From positions 20,261 to 84,260 of the forward strand of contig JAPOSW010000128.1 of NCBI GenBank assembly GCA_026709505.1: a DNA stretch of 64,000 nucleotides, in the 5' to 3' direction. How positions within the stretch are numbered: position 1 is the stretch's first letter; every line of letters starts with the position of its first letter. The notes under the pieces were generated by a model. It searched no databases. It had not been told where the DNA came from and saw nothing but the letters and a program-made list of their open reading frames with translations. The DNA is from Gammaproteobacteria bacterium. Lineage in GTDB: Bacteria; Pseudomonadota; Gammaproteobacteria; Arenicellales; Poriferihabitantaceae. Below are positions 9,621 through 20,157 of the stretch, piece after piece. Both the position numbers and the translations under genes were made by a program.

Positions 9621-10945
9621 ACAGGCCTACGCAAGCAAGTTCAGCCAGTTCATGCCGGCATTCGGATAGGCTATTCGAGATTGCCGAGAGCGTCATCCCG
9701 GGAGCCGGTCTTGGAAGCTACGCCCTGGCACAGGATGTTCGCCTGATCTACAGTCATGGTCAAGGGTCGCGCATATGGGATGTAGACGGGCGTGAATATA
9801 TTGATTATGTGGGTGGTGCAGGCGCCCTGATCCTGGGCCACAGTCATCCAGCGGTTGTTCGAGCCTCAAAAGACCAGCTGGAGCGCGGAGCACATATGTT
9901 CGGTTCGCTGAACGACATGGCCATCGCTCTTGCCGAGAGATTGGTCAACGATATTCCCTGTGCAGAGAAACTGATTTATGCGACAACCGGTTCGGAAGCG
10001 ACTGCCTATGCAATGCGTCTTGCCCGCGCCTTCACCGGTCGGGAAAAAATCCTCAAATTTGAAGGGGCATATCATGGAAATCATGATTATGCGGTTGTCA
10101 GTTGCTTTCCCAGGGAGAGCGGGGACTATCCACAGGGCGTTGCGGATTTCTCGGGCCAGCCTGCAGCTACTACCTCGACGATGCTGGTCAGCCCCTTCAA
10201 TGATCTTGAGACTTTGGGCAGTGTGGTAGCGCAATATAAAGACGAAATCGCCGCGATCATTGCCGAGCCGGTCCAGCGAATCATTCCTGCGAAACCGGAG
10301 TTTCTGCATGGCATACAGAATATTTGCCGAGACAATGATATCGTGTTCATTCTGGATGAGGTCGTTACGGGTTTTCGCTTGAGTTACGCAGGAGCTCAGG
10401 GTTGGTATGGCATCAAGCCCGATCTGGCAAGCTTTGGGAAGATTGTCGGGGGAGGCGGTCCGATGTCCTGTGTTGCAGGGCGTGCCGATATTCTTGATCT
10501 CGCCGACCCGGGTTACAAGGGCCGACCCGGCTACACCTATGTTAATGGAACGCTGCATGGCAATCCAGTAGCTGCCAGCGCAACCCTTGCCATGCTGGAT
10601 GAATTACGTCAGCCTGGAGTCTACGAGCGCATGAATGCTTATACCGAGGAGCTGTGTGCCGCCTGCCAACAGGTATTGAATAAATACAGAATTGACGCGA
10701 TTGCCGAATGTACGGGATCGCTGTGGCAAATCCTGTTTATGGATCAATCGCCGGTCAGCATTTCGGATATTCTGGCTTCCAATCAGGATGCCATGCGCCG
10801 CCTGGATACAGAGTTGCTGAAACAGGGGCAATATGTACTCCCCGGGGTACGGCGTTTTGTTTCAGCCGTGCACACTGTCCGGGATATTGAAGACACGGTT
10901 CGTGGACTGGATGAGGCATGCCGGATATTCAATAAATTAGGATAA
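9617..10945 (+). CDS. Class III PLP aminotransferase (glutamate-1-semialdehyde aminomutase-like)
   Basis: GSEATAYAMRLARAFTGREKILKFEGAYHG, DEVVTGFR, and PLP-Lys motif SFGKIVGGG. ATG 9617 overlaps the Rieske stop (ATGA). Confidence 0.85.
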   Translation: MNRPTQASSASSCRHSDRLFEIAESVIPGAGLGSYALAQDVRLIYSHGQGSRIWDVDGREYIDYVGGAGALILGHSHPAVVRASKDQLERGAHMFGSLNDMAIALAERLVNDIPCAEKLIYATTGSEATAYAMRLARAFTGREKILKFEGAYHGNHDYAVVSCFPRESGDYPQGVADFSGQPAATTSTMLVSPFNDLETLGSVVAQYKDEIAAIIAEPVQRIIPAKPEFLHGIQNICRDNDIVFILDEVVTGFRLSYAGAQGWYGIKPDLASFGKIVGGGGPMSCVAGRADILDLADPGYKGRPGYTYVNGTLHGNPVAASATLAMLDELRQPGVYERMNAYTEELCAACQQVLNKYRIDAIAECTGSLWQILFMDQSPVSISDILASNQDAMRRLDTELLKQGQYVLPGVRRFVSAVHTVRDIEDTVRGLDEACRIFNKLG

Positions 10946-11348
10946 CGGGTATCAACGTTTCCAGATTCCGGCAATCTTCCGGAAAAACGCACCAGCCCGG
11001 ACAGATTGGACAGGTTGATTCTGAATTTCTTGTTGCGTAGCCGCTTGCTTCCGACAATATTTCCATGATTTTGACTTTATCCTTTCCCCTTGACACAACG
11101 AGTGGGGCATGTCCCAAATCGTTTGGAACTTCCGGATCTGCACTGGCAGCCAACAATGCTTGTACTGCCTCAGCATTGCCAGGTTTTGATGCACGATGTA
11201 GCGGTGCCGGGTCGTATGAGTTTTCTGCTTCAAGGAACGCTCCATTCGCCAAAAGTGCCGTGACCGCATCAACGGAATATGATGCAGCAGCTATGTGCAA
11301 AGAGGTCATGCCTTCTCTGTCGCGAGTTTCAATTTCAGACGAATTCAT
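10929..11348 (-). CDS. Ankyrin-repeat protein
   Basis: At least two ANK repeats (GMTSLHIAAASYSVDAVTALLANGA; DPAPLHRASKPGNAEAVQALLAASA). Its ATG overlaps the stop of an upstream 67-aa ORF (ATGA). Confidence 0.55.
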   Translation of the reverse strand: MNSSEIETRDREGMTSLHIAAASYSVDAVTALLANGAFLEAENSYDPAPLHRASKPGNAEAVQALLAASADPEVPNDLGHAPLVVSRGKDKVKIMEILSEASGYATRNSESTCPICPGWCVFPEDCRNLETLIPVILIY

Positions 11349-11624
11349 TCAATAATCACTGGATTGGCTGTTGGAACATGGAATCGTTTGAGAAAAGCAA
11401 TGGTCTCACAACTGCCCCGACATGAGGTCGCACCCGATAACGAAATGCAAGGCGGGAGATACATTCGAGCGTGACGCCAAAGAAGCTCCGAGGGTAACTC
11501 CGACATGATCGCTGGAAAATACGTTTTCATGTACCTGCTCCTTGTCATTGGCGAGCGCTTCTCGGCAGGAGCTGTTATTGCTTGATCTGGAGAATTTACC
11601 GCCAGTGCAGGCAGCAGAATCAGG

Positions 11625-12047
11625 TCAAGAATTCAAGGGCTGTTTTGACAGTGGCTCATTGAGTTCGATCGGATAGCCGTCCGGATCCTTGATGAAGGCG
11701 AGAATGCGGGTTCCTCCCTTCATCGGCGAGGGTTCCTTGGTGAATTCCACGCCATGCGATTTCAGGTATTCGCTGGCGGCATAGACATCGGAGACCTTGA
11801 GTGCTATGTGCCCCCATCCATTTCCCCGATCATAGGGCTGGTCCTGATCCCAGTTGTAGGTCAACTCAAGCGTGGTTCCGGAATCTTCGTCTTGATAACC
11901 CACAAATGTGTTGGTGAAGCGGCCGTTGGGATACTCGTTCTGCCGGAGTATTTTCATGCCGAGTATACCGACATAGAACTGCAGGGATTTTTCGAGATCC
12001 CTGACGCGCAGCATCGTGTGATCAATTTTAAATTCAGGCTGTGTCAT
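11625..12047 (-). CDS. gloA: Lactoylglutathione lyase (glyoxalase I)
   Basis: HTMLRVRDLEKSLQFY, ELTYNW and GHIA..V.D motifs. About 140 aa from ATG 12047 (ORF extends to 12158). Confidence 0.85.
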   Translation of the reverse strand: MTQPEFKIDHTMLRVRDLEKSLQFYVGILGMKILRQNEYPNGRFTNTFVGYQDEDSGTTLELTYNWDQDQPYDRGNGWGHIALKVSDVYAASEYLKSHGVEFTKEPSPMKGGTRILAFIKDPDGYPIELNEPLSKQPLNS

Positions 12048-12201
12048 GCTATTGTCCAGATGAAAATGATTGAAAGAAAAGTAAATCCAGGATATGCGCT
12101 CTGCACATGGCCTCTTATCCCTTTGTTGGTGCCCCTGAAGCAAGTTTCCAGTCAACAATGACCAGGAAAATCGAGGAATAGGGCTTATTGTACAACTTGA
12201 G

Positions 12202-13299
12202 TCAGGCGACCTCGACAGATCGAACCAGTCGCTCCTGAAAATCTCGGAGACTGGTCTCCCAGTGCGGCGAAAGAATACCGGAATCGGCTCTCATGGAATG
12301 GCGCCCTTTTTGCAACCGTTCGCAAATTTCATGGTCTTCCTTGTGCACCCGATACCATAGCGATTTGGTTTGCTCGATTTCGGCATCGTTGATCGGATTG
12401 TCCTTGTGTACGTAAATGACCCGTCTTTGCGAGGTTCGATCTGCACTGAGCGGTGTATTGAGGTGGACTCCTATCTGGTCGGGTTCATACAGTCCGATCA
12501 CGAAATTCGGAAACAAGGTTAGAAATCGGGACGAGACCGCGAGCGTGGCTGTCCTGACCGCATTCTTGTCGGTCACAATGCGGCATCCGCTTCCCAGACA
12601 ATGCTCATCAAGGACCGTAAAATGATCGACAAGAGGTTGGGAGGTGGTTGACTGATGAACGAACTGCACATGATACGGTTCAATGAAGTTCTCCATCAGG
12701 GCCTTCCAGTTCGTCTGGACCTCGCCAAAATCGATGCTGCCAATCGGCTTTAGCTCATCAAGGGCGATGCCCTCGAGTTGTCTTTCAAGCGGTTTGATAA
12801 ATGCTTCAAAGGTGAGTTCAGGTTTATCCAGACACACGAAAATCCAGTCATGCCAGGTCCGGCACTCAATCTGATGCAGCCCGAAATCCGATATCTCAAA
12901 CTCCCTGGGTGGTGCAATATCCCTGCCTCCAAAGTAGGGAGCGGCTTGCAGTTGACCGTTTAATCTGTAGCTCCAGGAATGATAGGGACAGCGAATAAGG
13001 CGGCCGCAGTTCTTCGGAGCCTCAACCAGCTTGAGGCAGCGATGCCGACACAGGTTGTGGAATCCGTGAATGTCAAGCGCTTCGTCGGCAACCAGCAGGA
13101 TCGGTTGACCGGCCACCGTGACCGGCATGACGTCGCCCACTCGGGATAGTTCATGGTGATACCCGACAAATACCCACTGTTTGGCAAACAGCGCGCGACT
13201 TTCCAGTTCGAAGAACGCAGAACTGGTATATGCCTCGGCCGGCAAGCCGGCCTTGAAGGCCTGATCATTGCCCCAGAAATGCTGGAAATCGATACCCAT
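12202..13299 (-). CDS. Rieske [2Fe-2S] non-haem-iron oxygenase alpha subunit (second copy, more divergent)
   Basis: CRHRCLKLVEAPKNCGRLIRCPYHSWSY and the iron motif ENFIEPYHVQFVH. Confidence 0.85.
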   Translation of the reverse strand: MGIDFQHFWGNDQAFKAGLPAEAYTSSAFFELESRALFAKQWVFVGYHHELSRVGDVMPVTVAGQPILLVADEALDIHGFHNLCRHRCLKLVEAPKNCGRLIRCPYHSWSYRLNGQLQAAPYFGGRDIAPPREFEISDFGLHQIECRTWHDWIFVCLDKPELTFEAFIKPLERQLEGIALDELKPIGSIDFGEVQTNWKALMENFIEPYHVQFVHQSTTSQPLVDHFTVLDEHCLGSGCRIVTDKNAVRTATLAVSSRFLTLFPNFVIGLYEPDQIGVHLNTPLSADRTSQRRVIYVHKDNPINDAEIEQTKSLWYRVHKEDHEICERLQKGRHSMRADSGILSPHWETSLRDFQERLVRSVEVA

Positions 13300-13474
13300 T
13301 TAAGCAGTAGCCCGTCCGGCTCGGAAAATTTCCTCAATGATACTGAGGTAAACGTCGCATGATGGCAACCTTGACCCAACAGTTTATACAATCATCGCAA
13401 GATCTTTCGATCTTGGCGGGATTTTACGTCCCTGCTTTGCTTTTCGCCATTGTTTTTTTCAGGCAAACATGTTT

Positions 13475-14083
13475 TCATGAAAGCTTCTCGGGCTTTCTCC
13501 ACCGGAATATCCAGCCATTGCATGTATCTTCTGGTGTGAAGACGGCAACTTGTTTAAAGATCGGTGACACTTTGTGCAGCGGTTCAAAACAAGTCATTGG
13601 GAAGTCCAAGAGCACGAGGCTCGACTGGATCATGTTGTCAGGAAAGTCATCTATTTGATCCGACCAGGCATTGCTGCCTCCATTACGTTTCATTTTTCTT
13701 GCTCGAGCTAGATTTAGAGCGACCAGTCTTCATTTTTATGTGACCCAGTCCCAGCCCGAAGTGCAACACTGCTCCTGTCTCTATTTTGTGGAAGGCATCA
13801 TCAACCCCATGAACGAGAATGATCTTGTGGTCTTGATCAATCTTGAACTGACTGTAATGCCCAGCTGTTGCACAAGTTCCTGACAAAATCGTCATTCAAG
13901 GCGGTAACGAACATTGCTGTCCAGTCGGTCGGAACGAGCCAAGCGCTCAGCAATACAGAAACTTGCGTCATGATAGTGTCGTTTGAAGGGTGGGCGGCAA
14001 GTAAGAAAGCCGCAACGAAAAAGACTCCCTTGATGTGAAAATTGACTTGACTCAAGCGAATGCATCGCTATATAACTAGCCAT
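13475..14083 (-). pseudogene. Possible frameshifted gene remnant: four short end-to-end minus-strand ORFs in an AT-richer gap
   Basis: ORFs 14083-13892, 14055-13837, 13895-13683 and 13693-13475 tile the same strand in shifting frames. No recognisable domain. Confidence 0.25.
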
Positions 14084-14330
14084 GATCTTTCAAATCCAGC
14101 CGCTGCTTTTGATTATCAGCAGGTGTCATCAATGCTTGGACCAAAGCCAGTATTTTCATAGCCCGCCAATTCAACAGTAAATGCTGATTTGACACGCTCG
14201 CAAGTGGTTGCTTTTGAAGTTGAATACTCAGGTTTCGTTATTAGAGTCTTCGTGCATGTGGGCCAGAAGCTGGATCTCGCTCCTGTAATGCTTAACCTAA
14301 ATGGATATCTACTCCTTGAGGATGTCGCTC

Positions 14331-17300
14331 ATGCCTAAAAAACCCCTGAAACATGGTCATGACAAGTGGGAATTCTGGGTCGATCGGGGCGGCACCTTCA
14401 CCGACATCGTTGCACTGCAGCCAGACGGTCAAATGCTCACTCACAAGCTTCTCTCTGAAAGCCCGGGATATCGCGATGCGGCGATCCAGGGCATTCGTGA
14501 TATCCTGAAAATCCCATCCGGGGACAACTTGCCTATTGAGAAAATTGCTGCCGTAAAAATGGGAACGACAGTGGCGACCAATGCACTGCTGGAAAGAACC
14601 GGGGAACCGACACTGCTGGTGACCACTCGCGGTTTCAGAGACCAGCTCAGGATTGGCTACCAAACCCGACCCGACCTGTTTGCACTCGATATCCAGCTGC
14701 CCGAAATGCTGTACTGTGATGTTCTGGAAGTCGATGAACGTCTCGATGCACACGGGAAGGTCATCAAATCCCTGGATGATGAAGCAGCCCGTCTGGGACT
14801 TGAACGATACTATGACGAGGGCATTCGCTCGGTGGCGATCGTGCTACTGCATGGCTATCGATATACGATGCATGAGGACTCCCTCAAGACTATCGCCGAA
14901 GCGATTGGGTATTCGCAGGTCTCGGTCAGTAACCAGGTCAGCCCGCTAATGAAATATGTGCCGCGTGGCGATACAACCGTTGTCGATGCATACCTTTCAC
15001 CGGTTATTCGCAAATATGTGGCGGAGGTAGCCGCTCAGTTAGGCGCGACTGACACTCCAGCTGGTCAACTCAAGTTGATGCGTTCGAACGGAGGTCTTGC
15101 GGATGCCCGCTTTTTTTACGGCAAGGACGCGATCCTGTCAGGCCCGGCCGGAGGCGTGGTCGGCATGGCCCGGGTCAGTGAAGCGGCCGGGTTCAGTGAG
15201 GTGATTGGATTCGATATGGGAGGAACCTCAACCGATGTCAGCCACTACAACGGCGAGTTTGAAAAATCCCATGAAACCGAGGTTGCAGGCGTCAGGCTAA
15301 GAGCCCCGATGATGATGATTCATACCGTTGCAGCCGGGGGCGGGTCCATTCTGCATTTTGACGGTGCCCGCTACCGGGTGGGTCCGGATTCAGCAGGCGC
15401 CAGCCCCGGTCCGGTCTGCTACCGAAACAATGGACCGTTGACCATCACGGACTGCAATGTCATGACTGGCAAACTACAGCCAGACATGTTTCCATGCGTG
15501 TTCGGCGAGACGGGCGACCAGCCAGTTGATGCAAGCCAGGTACGCATCAAGTTTGCTGAACTTGCCGAAACGATCCAGCAGCAAACCGGCGATGCCCGAT
15601 TGCCCGAAGAAGTGGCTTCAGGATTTCTCGCAGTCGCTGTTGGCAACATGAGCAATGCCATCAAGAAAATTTCAGTCCAGCGAGGCTATGATGTCACCCG
15701 CTACACGCTCTGCTGCTTTGGCGGAGCTGGCGGCCAGCATGCCTGCATGGTTGCCGATGCACTGGGCATGAACAAAATTCTGGTGCATGAGTTTTCAGGC
15801 ATCCTGTCTGCCTATGGCATGGGACTGGCTGACACGGTCGTGGACCGCCAGCAAGCGGTTGAGCAAATACTGGCAGGGCAGCTTGTGCAGGAACTCGAAA
15901 GCATAGCCAATGGCCTCAAGGCCGAGTGCGATAAACTGCTTGCCAGGCAAATTCCCCAAACCCACATGCAAAAGACACACTACAGAAATCTGCTGCATGT
16001 GCGTTATGAGGGATCCGACACCTCCTTTCCCGTTCTGCTCGCGCCGGTTGAACGGATACAGAGCCAGTTCGAGGAGGTTCACCGGATGCGTTTCGGATTT
16101 ACCTCCCCGGACAAGAAGCTGATTGTCGAATCCATTCAGGTAGAGGCGGTTCACAAGGCACGCTCAGCTGTAGCCGGCCCAAGCAAGGCGCAATCGCCTG
16201 TACAGTCGCACATGGCAGAGCCCGTTGCCGAAAGATCCTGCTACATGGATGGCGAGTGGCGTCAAACCCCGTTTTTTGAGCGTGAATCCCTGTTTCCCGG
16301 ATGTCAGGTCAAGGGGCCATCAGTAATTCTTGATGCAACCGGGACACTGGCTGTCGAGCCCGGATGGCAGGCCATTCTTGATGAGGGCGCAAATCTCCTG
16401 ATTGAGCGTTACGTCCCGCGCAAGGAATCAGTGGCAATTGGAACTGACGTAGATCCGGTTATGCTTGAAGTATTCAATAACCTGTTCATGTCAATCGCCG
16501 AGCAGATGGGTTCGGTGCTTGAGAACACCGCGGTTTCGGTCAATATCAAGGAGCGACTGGACTTTTCCTGCGCAATCTTTGATCCGGAGGGTGCGCTGGT
16601 AGCAAATGCCCCTCACATGCCGGTCCACCTGGGATCAATGTCAGAGAGCATCAAAACCGTGATTCGCGAGCGGTCCGGCCGGATGCGGCCAGGTGAAGCC
16701 TACATCTTGAATGCGCCATACAACGGGGGCACGCATTTGCCTGATGTTACGATTATTCGCCCGGTATTTTCCGAACAGGCAGAATTGCTCTTCTTTACCG
16801 CATCGCGTGGACATCATGCAGACATCGGGGGTAAATCCCCGGGCTCTGCGCCGGCAGACTCCACCCGCATCGAAGAGGAGGGGGTGGTCATCGACAATGA
16901 AAAACTGGTCGAGAATGGGCAATTTGCGGAGCAGTCAATCCGCAATCTTCTGACTGACAGCCCCTGGCCTGCCCGAAACCCGGATATGAACATTGCGGAT
17001 TTCAAGGCACAGCTTGCGGCCTGCGAAAAGGGAGCGCATGAGTTGCTGGGCATGATCGACTGGTACGGAAAAGAGACCGTCCATGCCTACATGAAACATG
17101 TTCAGGATAATGCAGAAGAATCGGTACGCCGAGTGCTGGATGTACTGAATGACGGACAATTTACCTATCGCATGGATGACGGACATCGGATTTCCGTCAG
17201 GATTTCCGTCGATCACAAGGCCCGCAGGGCAGTGATTGACTTCACGGGAACAAGCGGTCAGCATCCGGGAAATTTCAATGCTCCTACGGCGGTGGTCCGT

Positions 17301-17981
17301 GCGGCAGTGCTGTATGTTTTTCGCTGTCTGGTCAATGATCAGATTCCGCTCAATGAAGGCTGCCTAAAACCTCTTGAGATTATTATTCCGGAAGATTCAA
17401 TGATCAGTCCCAGGCATCCCGCTGCGGTGATTGCAGGCAATGTGGAGACTTCCCAGTATCTTGTCGATACCCTGTTTGGCGCACTGGGTACAGTTGCCGC
17501 AGCCCAGGGAACCATGAATAACTTCATCTGGGGCAACGATCAAGTGCAGTATTATGAAACAGTCTGCGGGGGCTCAGGTGCAGGCGCAAATCATCATGGT
17601 ACGCACGCCGTGCACACTCACATGACTAATTCCCGTCTTACCGATCCGGAAGTCCTTGAATGGCGATTTCCGGTACGCGTAGAATCGTTTGAAATTCGCA
17701 AGGGTTCGGGTGGACGAGGGCGTTTTACTGGCGGTGATGGCGTGATACGTAAAATCCGTTTCGGTGAGGCTGTAACCGCGAATATCATCTCGGGACATCG
17801 CAAAATAGCCCCCTATGGGCTTGAAGGCGGGGAGCCTGCACAAGTCGGCGTCAATCGTGTTGAACATGCCGATTCCCGGATAACCGAGTTGGCAGGCAGT
17901 GGCTCGATTGATCTGGAATCGGGCGATGTCTTTGTGATCGAAACCCCCGGAGGTGGAGGATTTGGAACACCATCGTCGTAA
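14331..17981 (+). CDS. Fused hydantoinase A/B (HyuA-HyuB) ATP-dependent amidohydrolase, 5-oxoprolinase / N-methylhydantoinase family
   Basis: About 1,217 aa. N-terminus [16 protein letters not shown], then DMGGTSTDV. The HyuB half carries [12 protein letters not shown] and the C-terminus [12 protein letters not shown] 14331 has GAGGA 9 nt upstream. Confidence 0.9.
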   Translation: MPKKPLKHGHDKWEFWVDRGGTFTDIVALQPDGQMLTHKLLSESPGYRDAAIQGIRDILKIPSGDNLPIEKIAAVKMGTTVATNALLERTGEPTLLVTTRGFRDQLRIGYQTRPDLFALDIQLPEMLYCDVLEVDERLDAHGKVIKSLDDEAARLGLERYYDEGIRSVAIVLLHGYRYTMHEDSLKTIAEAIGYSQVSVSNQVSPLMKYVPRGDTTVVDAYLSPVIRKYVAEVAAQLGATDTPAGQLKLMRSNGGLADARFFYGKDAILSGPAGGVVGMARVSEAAGFSEVIGFDMGGTSTDVSHYNGEFEKSHETEVAGVRLRAPMMMIHTVAAGGGSILHFDGARYRVGPDSAGASPGPVCYRNNGPLTITDCNVMTGKLQPDMFPCVFGETGDQPVDASQVRIKFAELAETIQQQTGDARLPEEVASGFLAVAVGNMSNAIKKISVQRGYDVTRYTLCCFGGAGGQHACMVADALGMNKILVHEFSGILSAYGMGLADTVVDRQQAVEQILAGQLVQELESIANGLKAECDKLLARQIPQTHMQKTHYRNLLHVRYEGSDTSFPVLLAPVERIQSQFEEVHRMRFGFTSPDKKLIVESIQVEAVHKARSAVAGPSKAQSPVQSHMAEPVAERSCYMDGEWRQTPFFERESLFPGCQVKGPSVILDATGTLAVEPGWQAILDEGANLLIERYVPRKESVAIGTDVDPVMLEVFNNLFMSIAEQMGSVLENTAVSVNIKERLDFSCAIFDPEGALVANAPHMPVHLGSMSESIKTVIRERSGRMRPGEAYILNAPYNGGTHLPDVTIIRPVFSEQAELLFFTASRGHHADIGGKSPGSAPADSTRIEEEGVVIDNEKLVENGQFAEQSIRNLLTDSPWPARNPDMNIADFKAQLAACEKGAHELLGMIDWYGKETVHAYMKHVQDNAEESVRRVLDVLNDGQFTYRMDDGHRISVRISVDHKARRAVIDFTGTSGQHPGNFNAPTAVVRAAVLYVFRCLVNDQIPLNEGCLKPLEIIIPEDSMISPRHPAAVIAGNVETSQYLVDTLFGALGTVAAAQGTMNNFIWGNDQVQYYETVCGGSGAGANHHGTHAVHTHMTNSRLTDPEVLEWRFPVRVESFEIRKGSGGRGRFTGGDGVIRKIRFGEAVTANIISGHRKIAPYGLEGGEPAQVGVNRVEHADSRITELAGSGSIDLESGDVFVIETPGGGGFGTPSS

Positions 17982-18237
17982 TGGTTTCTTAGGGAATGGC
18001 CCCCGGTTTTTGATGCTCGTTAGTGAATGGGCATCCCGAAAACCTTGTTACACCAGCATACAGCGCTCATCTTTAATCCGGGGCAGGGACTATGTCATTG
18101 ATGGAATTATTCCGAGAGCGCATGGCTTGACGTGGATCCAGAATGGATTGATCAGCAGAACATTTGCAGCAAAACTACATGCATTCATGAACCAGAGAAA
18201 TCTTCATTGATTTCGGTCTGATTACAGAAAAAAGCTT

Positions 18238-19104
18238 ATGAAGCAAACTTTCAGGAAAACCGGCATGTCTTTTCCAGGCATCAAAAGAAAAACACGATGG
18301 GTCACTGTCGCCTTGTTGATATCCTTTATGCTGGCAAATTCCTTGTCCGCAGACCGGGATTCCCGGATCGTAAGAATTGCAACCACAACCAGTACTGAAA
18401 ATTCCGGCCTTATGCGATATCTTCTTCCCGAAGTTGAAAAGGATACCGGATTCCAGTACCAGACCATAGCAGCAGGAACCGGCAAGGCACTACAGGTTGG
18501 CAGGGCGGGGGATGTCGATGTGGTCATGGTTCATGCGAAGAGTTCAGAACTGGAATTCGTAGAACAGGGCTATGGTGTTGACCGAACGGAGTTCATGTAC
18601 AACGATTTCGTGATTGTAGGACCTTCAGAAGCCAGGGGCGTCATTGATTTCAGCGGAATGTCCTCTGTTGTCCAGGTCTTTCAGAATATCCGGGATAATC
18701 AGGTTTTGTTTGTTTCCCGTGGCGATGACTCCGGTACTCACAAGAAGGAATTGCAAATCTGGGAGATGGCAGGCACTCTTCCTGACGGAAGTTGGTATCG
18801 GGAAGTGGGTCAGGGTATGGGTAAGACCCTGCAGATCGCTGGGGAGCTTGGAGCTTATACCCTTACCGATAGGGGCACTTGGCTATTCGCGAAAGAGCGC
18901 TCGCCGCTTGAGATCATGTTTGAAGGGGATCCGGAACTGTTCAATCAGTACAGCGTCATGGCGGTCAATCCGAATCGCCACGACATCAACTATCCGGGTG
19001 CGAAAGCATTGATTACGTGGCTATCGGGAGATAAAGGTCAACGCATGATAAATGAATTCCGGATTGGCGGAGAACAGTTATTCAATGCCAATGCCGGGAA
19101 CTAG
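18238..19104 (+). CDS. Periplasmic oxyanion-binding protein, TupA-like (tungstate ABC substrate-binding)
   Basis: Signal peptide, then IATTTSTENSGL and GTGKAL..G..GDVDVVMVHA, which I recognise from TupA-type binding proteins. No permease or ATPase gene follows. Confidence 0.65.
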   Translation: MKQTFRKTGMSFPGIKRKTRWVTVALLISFMLANSLSADRDSRIVRIATTTSTENSGLMRYLLPEVEKDTGFQYQTIAAGTGKALQVGRAGDVDVVMVHAKSSELEFVEQGYGVDRTEFMYNDFVIVGPSEARGVIDFSGMSSVVQVFQNIRDNQVLFVSRGDDSGTHKKELQIWEMAGTLPDGSWYREVGQGMGKTLQIAGELGAYTLTDRGTWLFAKERSPLEIMFEGDPELFNQYSVMAVNPNRHDINYPGAKALITWLSGDKGQRMINEFRIGGEQLFNANAGN

Positions 19105-19873
19105 TGCAGAATAGGGCAGGAAAATTAACAGCGGAGAAAATCCATGAAGCAACACTTTAGATTCGCTCCCTGTACCAGGTTTAAGGCAAGTGCTCTGCAA
19201 TAGTCCCTGATCCAGCAGAAACAGGAAAAGGATTGCTGCAGGTCCTGTGGAGCTGTGGACACAGGACATCAACGCACCGGGACTATTCAGTCAGCCCGCT
19301 TGCGGAAGTGGACATGGGCCACAACATTGGCGGCAGTCATCTAGTCCTGAACGCAAGTGCGATAAATACTGCTGGCTCGCAGACACTTTTTACAAACAAC
19401 CTTTCTGCAGCTAAATGCTCGTTTTACGCGGACGGACTGGAGATGGTTCCTCAATCACTTCGTTTCCCATGAGGACAGGGACTACAGCAACAAAATCATC
19501 CCAGGGGGATTTAGGGACAGTAGATTCAGGAAACCCAGCAGGTAGGGGAACCAACAGAATGAATTTGACTGCGACAACACCCCATGTTGCCATCTAGTAT
19601 GCAGAAGTAGCCGGGACTGGAACTAATAATCCTGTTAATACGCTCTGCTTCATGACGGGCGGAACCTACACGCCATCGAATACAACCTTCTTCAATCCGG
19701 ATCCGAGTTCAACCGGAAGCTTCACGATCAGCTTCCTAACCCCTCTTGATATTCGCAGTTGCCTATGTGAACGGAGCGATCTATCTCAAAGCGGCGGCGC
19801 CAACAATCGGCCTTCGCATACGCACCAAGATGCGAGGACGGCATTGGGATGTAACATGAATTGACAACAGCCT

Positions 19874-20155
19874 TTAATGCAGACAGGGCGGCTGCAGTAG
19901 CTCAGTTCGAACTGTCCGATTTCTTTTTGTAGGTTTTGGTGCGGTCTGTGCATCTTCAGCCGTTTTCTCAATATCTTCTACATCCCAAAGCCGGTCAGTC
20001 ACTCCTGCTTCCACTGCCGGGGGCGCTTGCAGTGTTTGGCGGATCCTACAGAAATTACAGTGCATGATATGCAGTGTCACTGCATGGGCATGGTTTTCCA
20101 TTTTCCTTGAAAGGGCATTGGTCAGCCGCCTGAACCGGCGCATGGACATAAGCAT
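19874..20155 (-). mobile_element. C-terminal fragment of an IS1-like transposase
   Basis: RRLTNALSRKMENHAHAVTLHIMHCNFCRIRQTL..PPAVEAGVTDRLWDVEDI matches the conserved C-terminus of this transposase type. Only 93 aa, with no catalytic N-terminal part. Confidence 0.55.
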
Positions 20156-20157
20156 TG

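Noticed and set aside
19105-19873. Degraded tupB/tupC genes downstream of the TupA-like gene
   Set aside because: Translations in all frames lack membrane-spanning segments and Walker motifs. The short ORFs (Thr/Ser/Gly/Asn-rich) look unrelated, so the region is treated as unassigned or decayed sequence.
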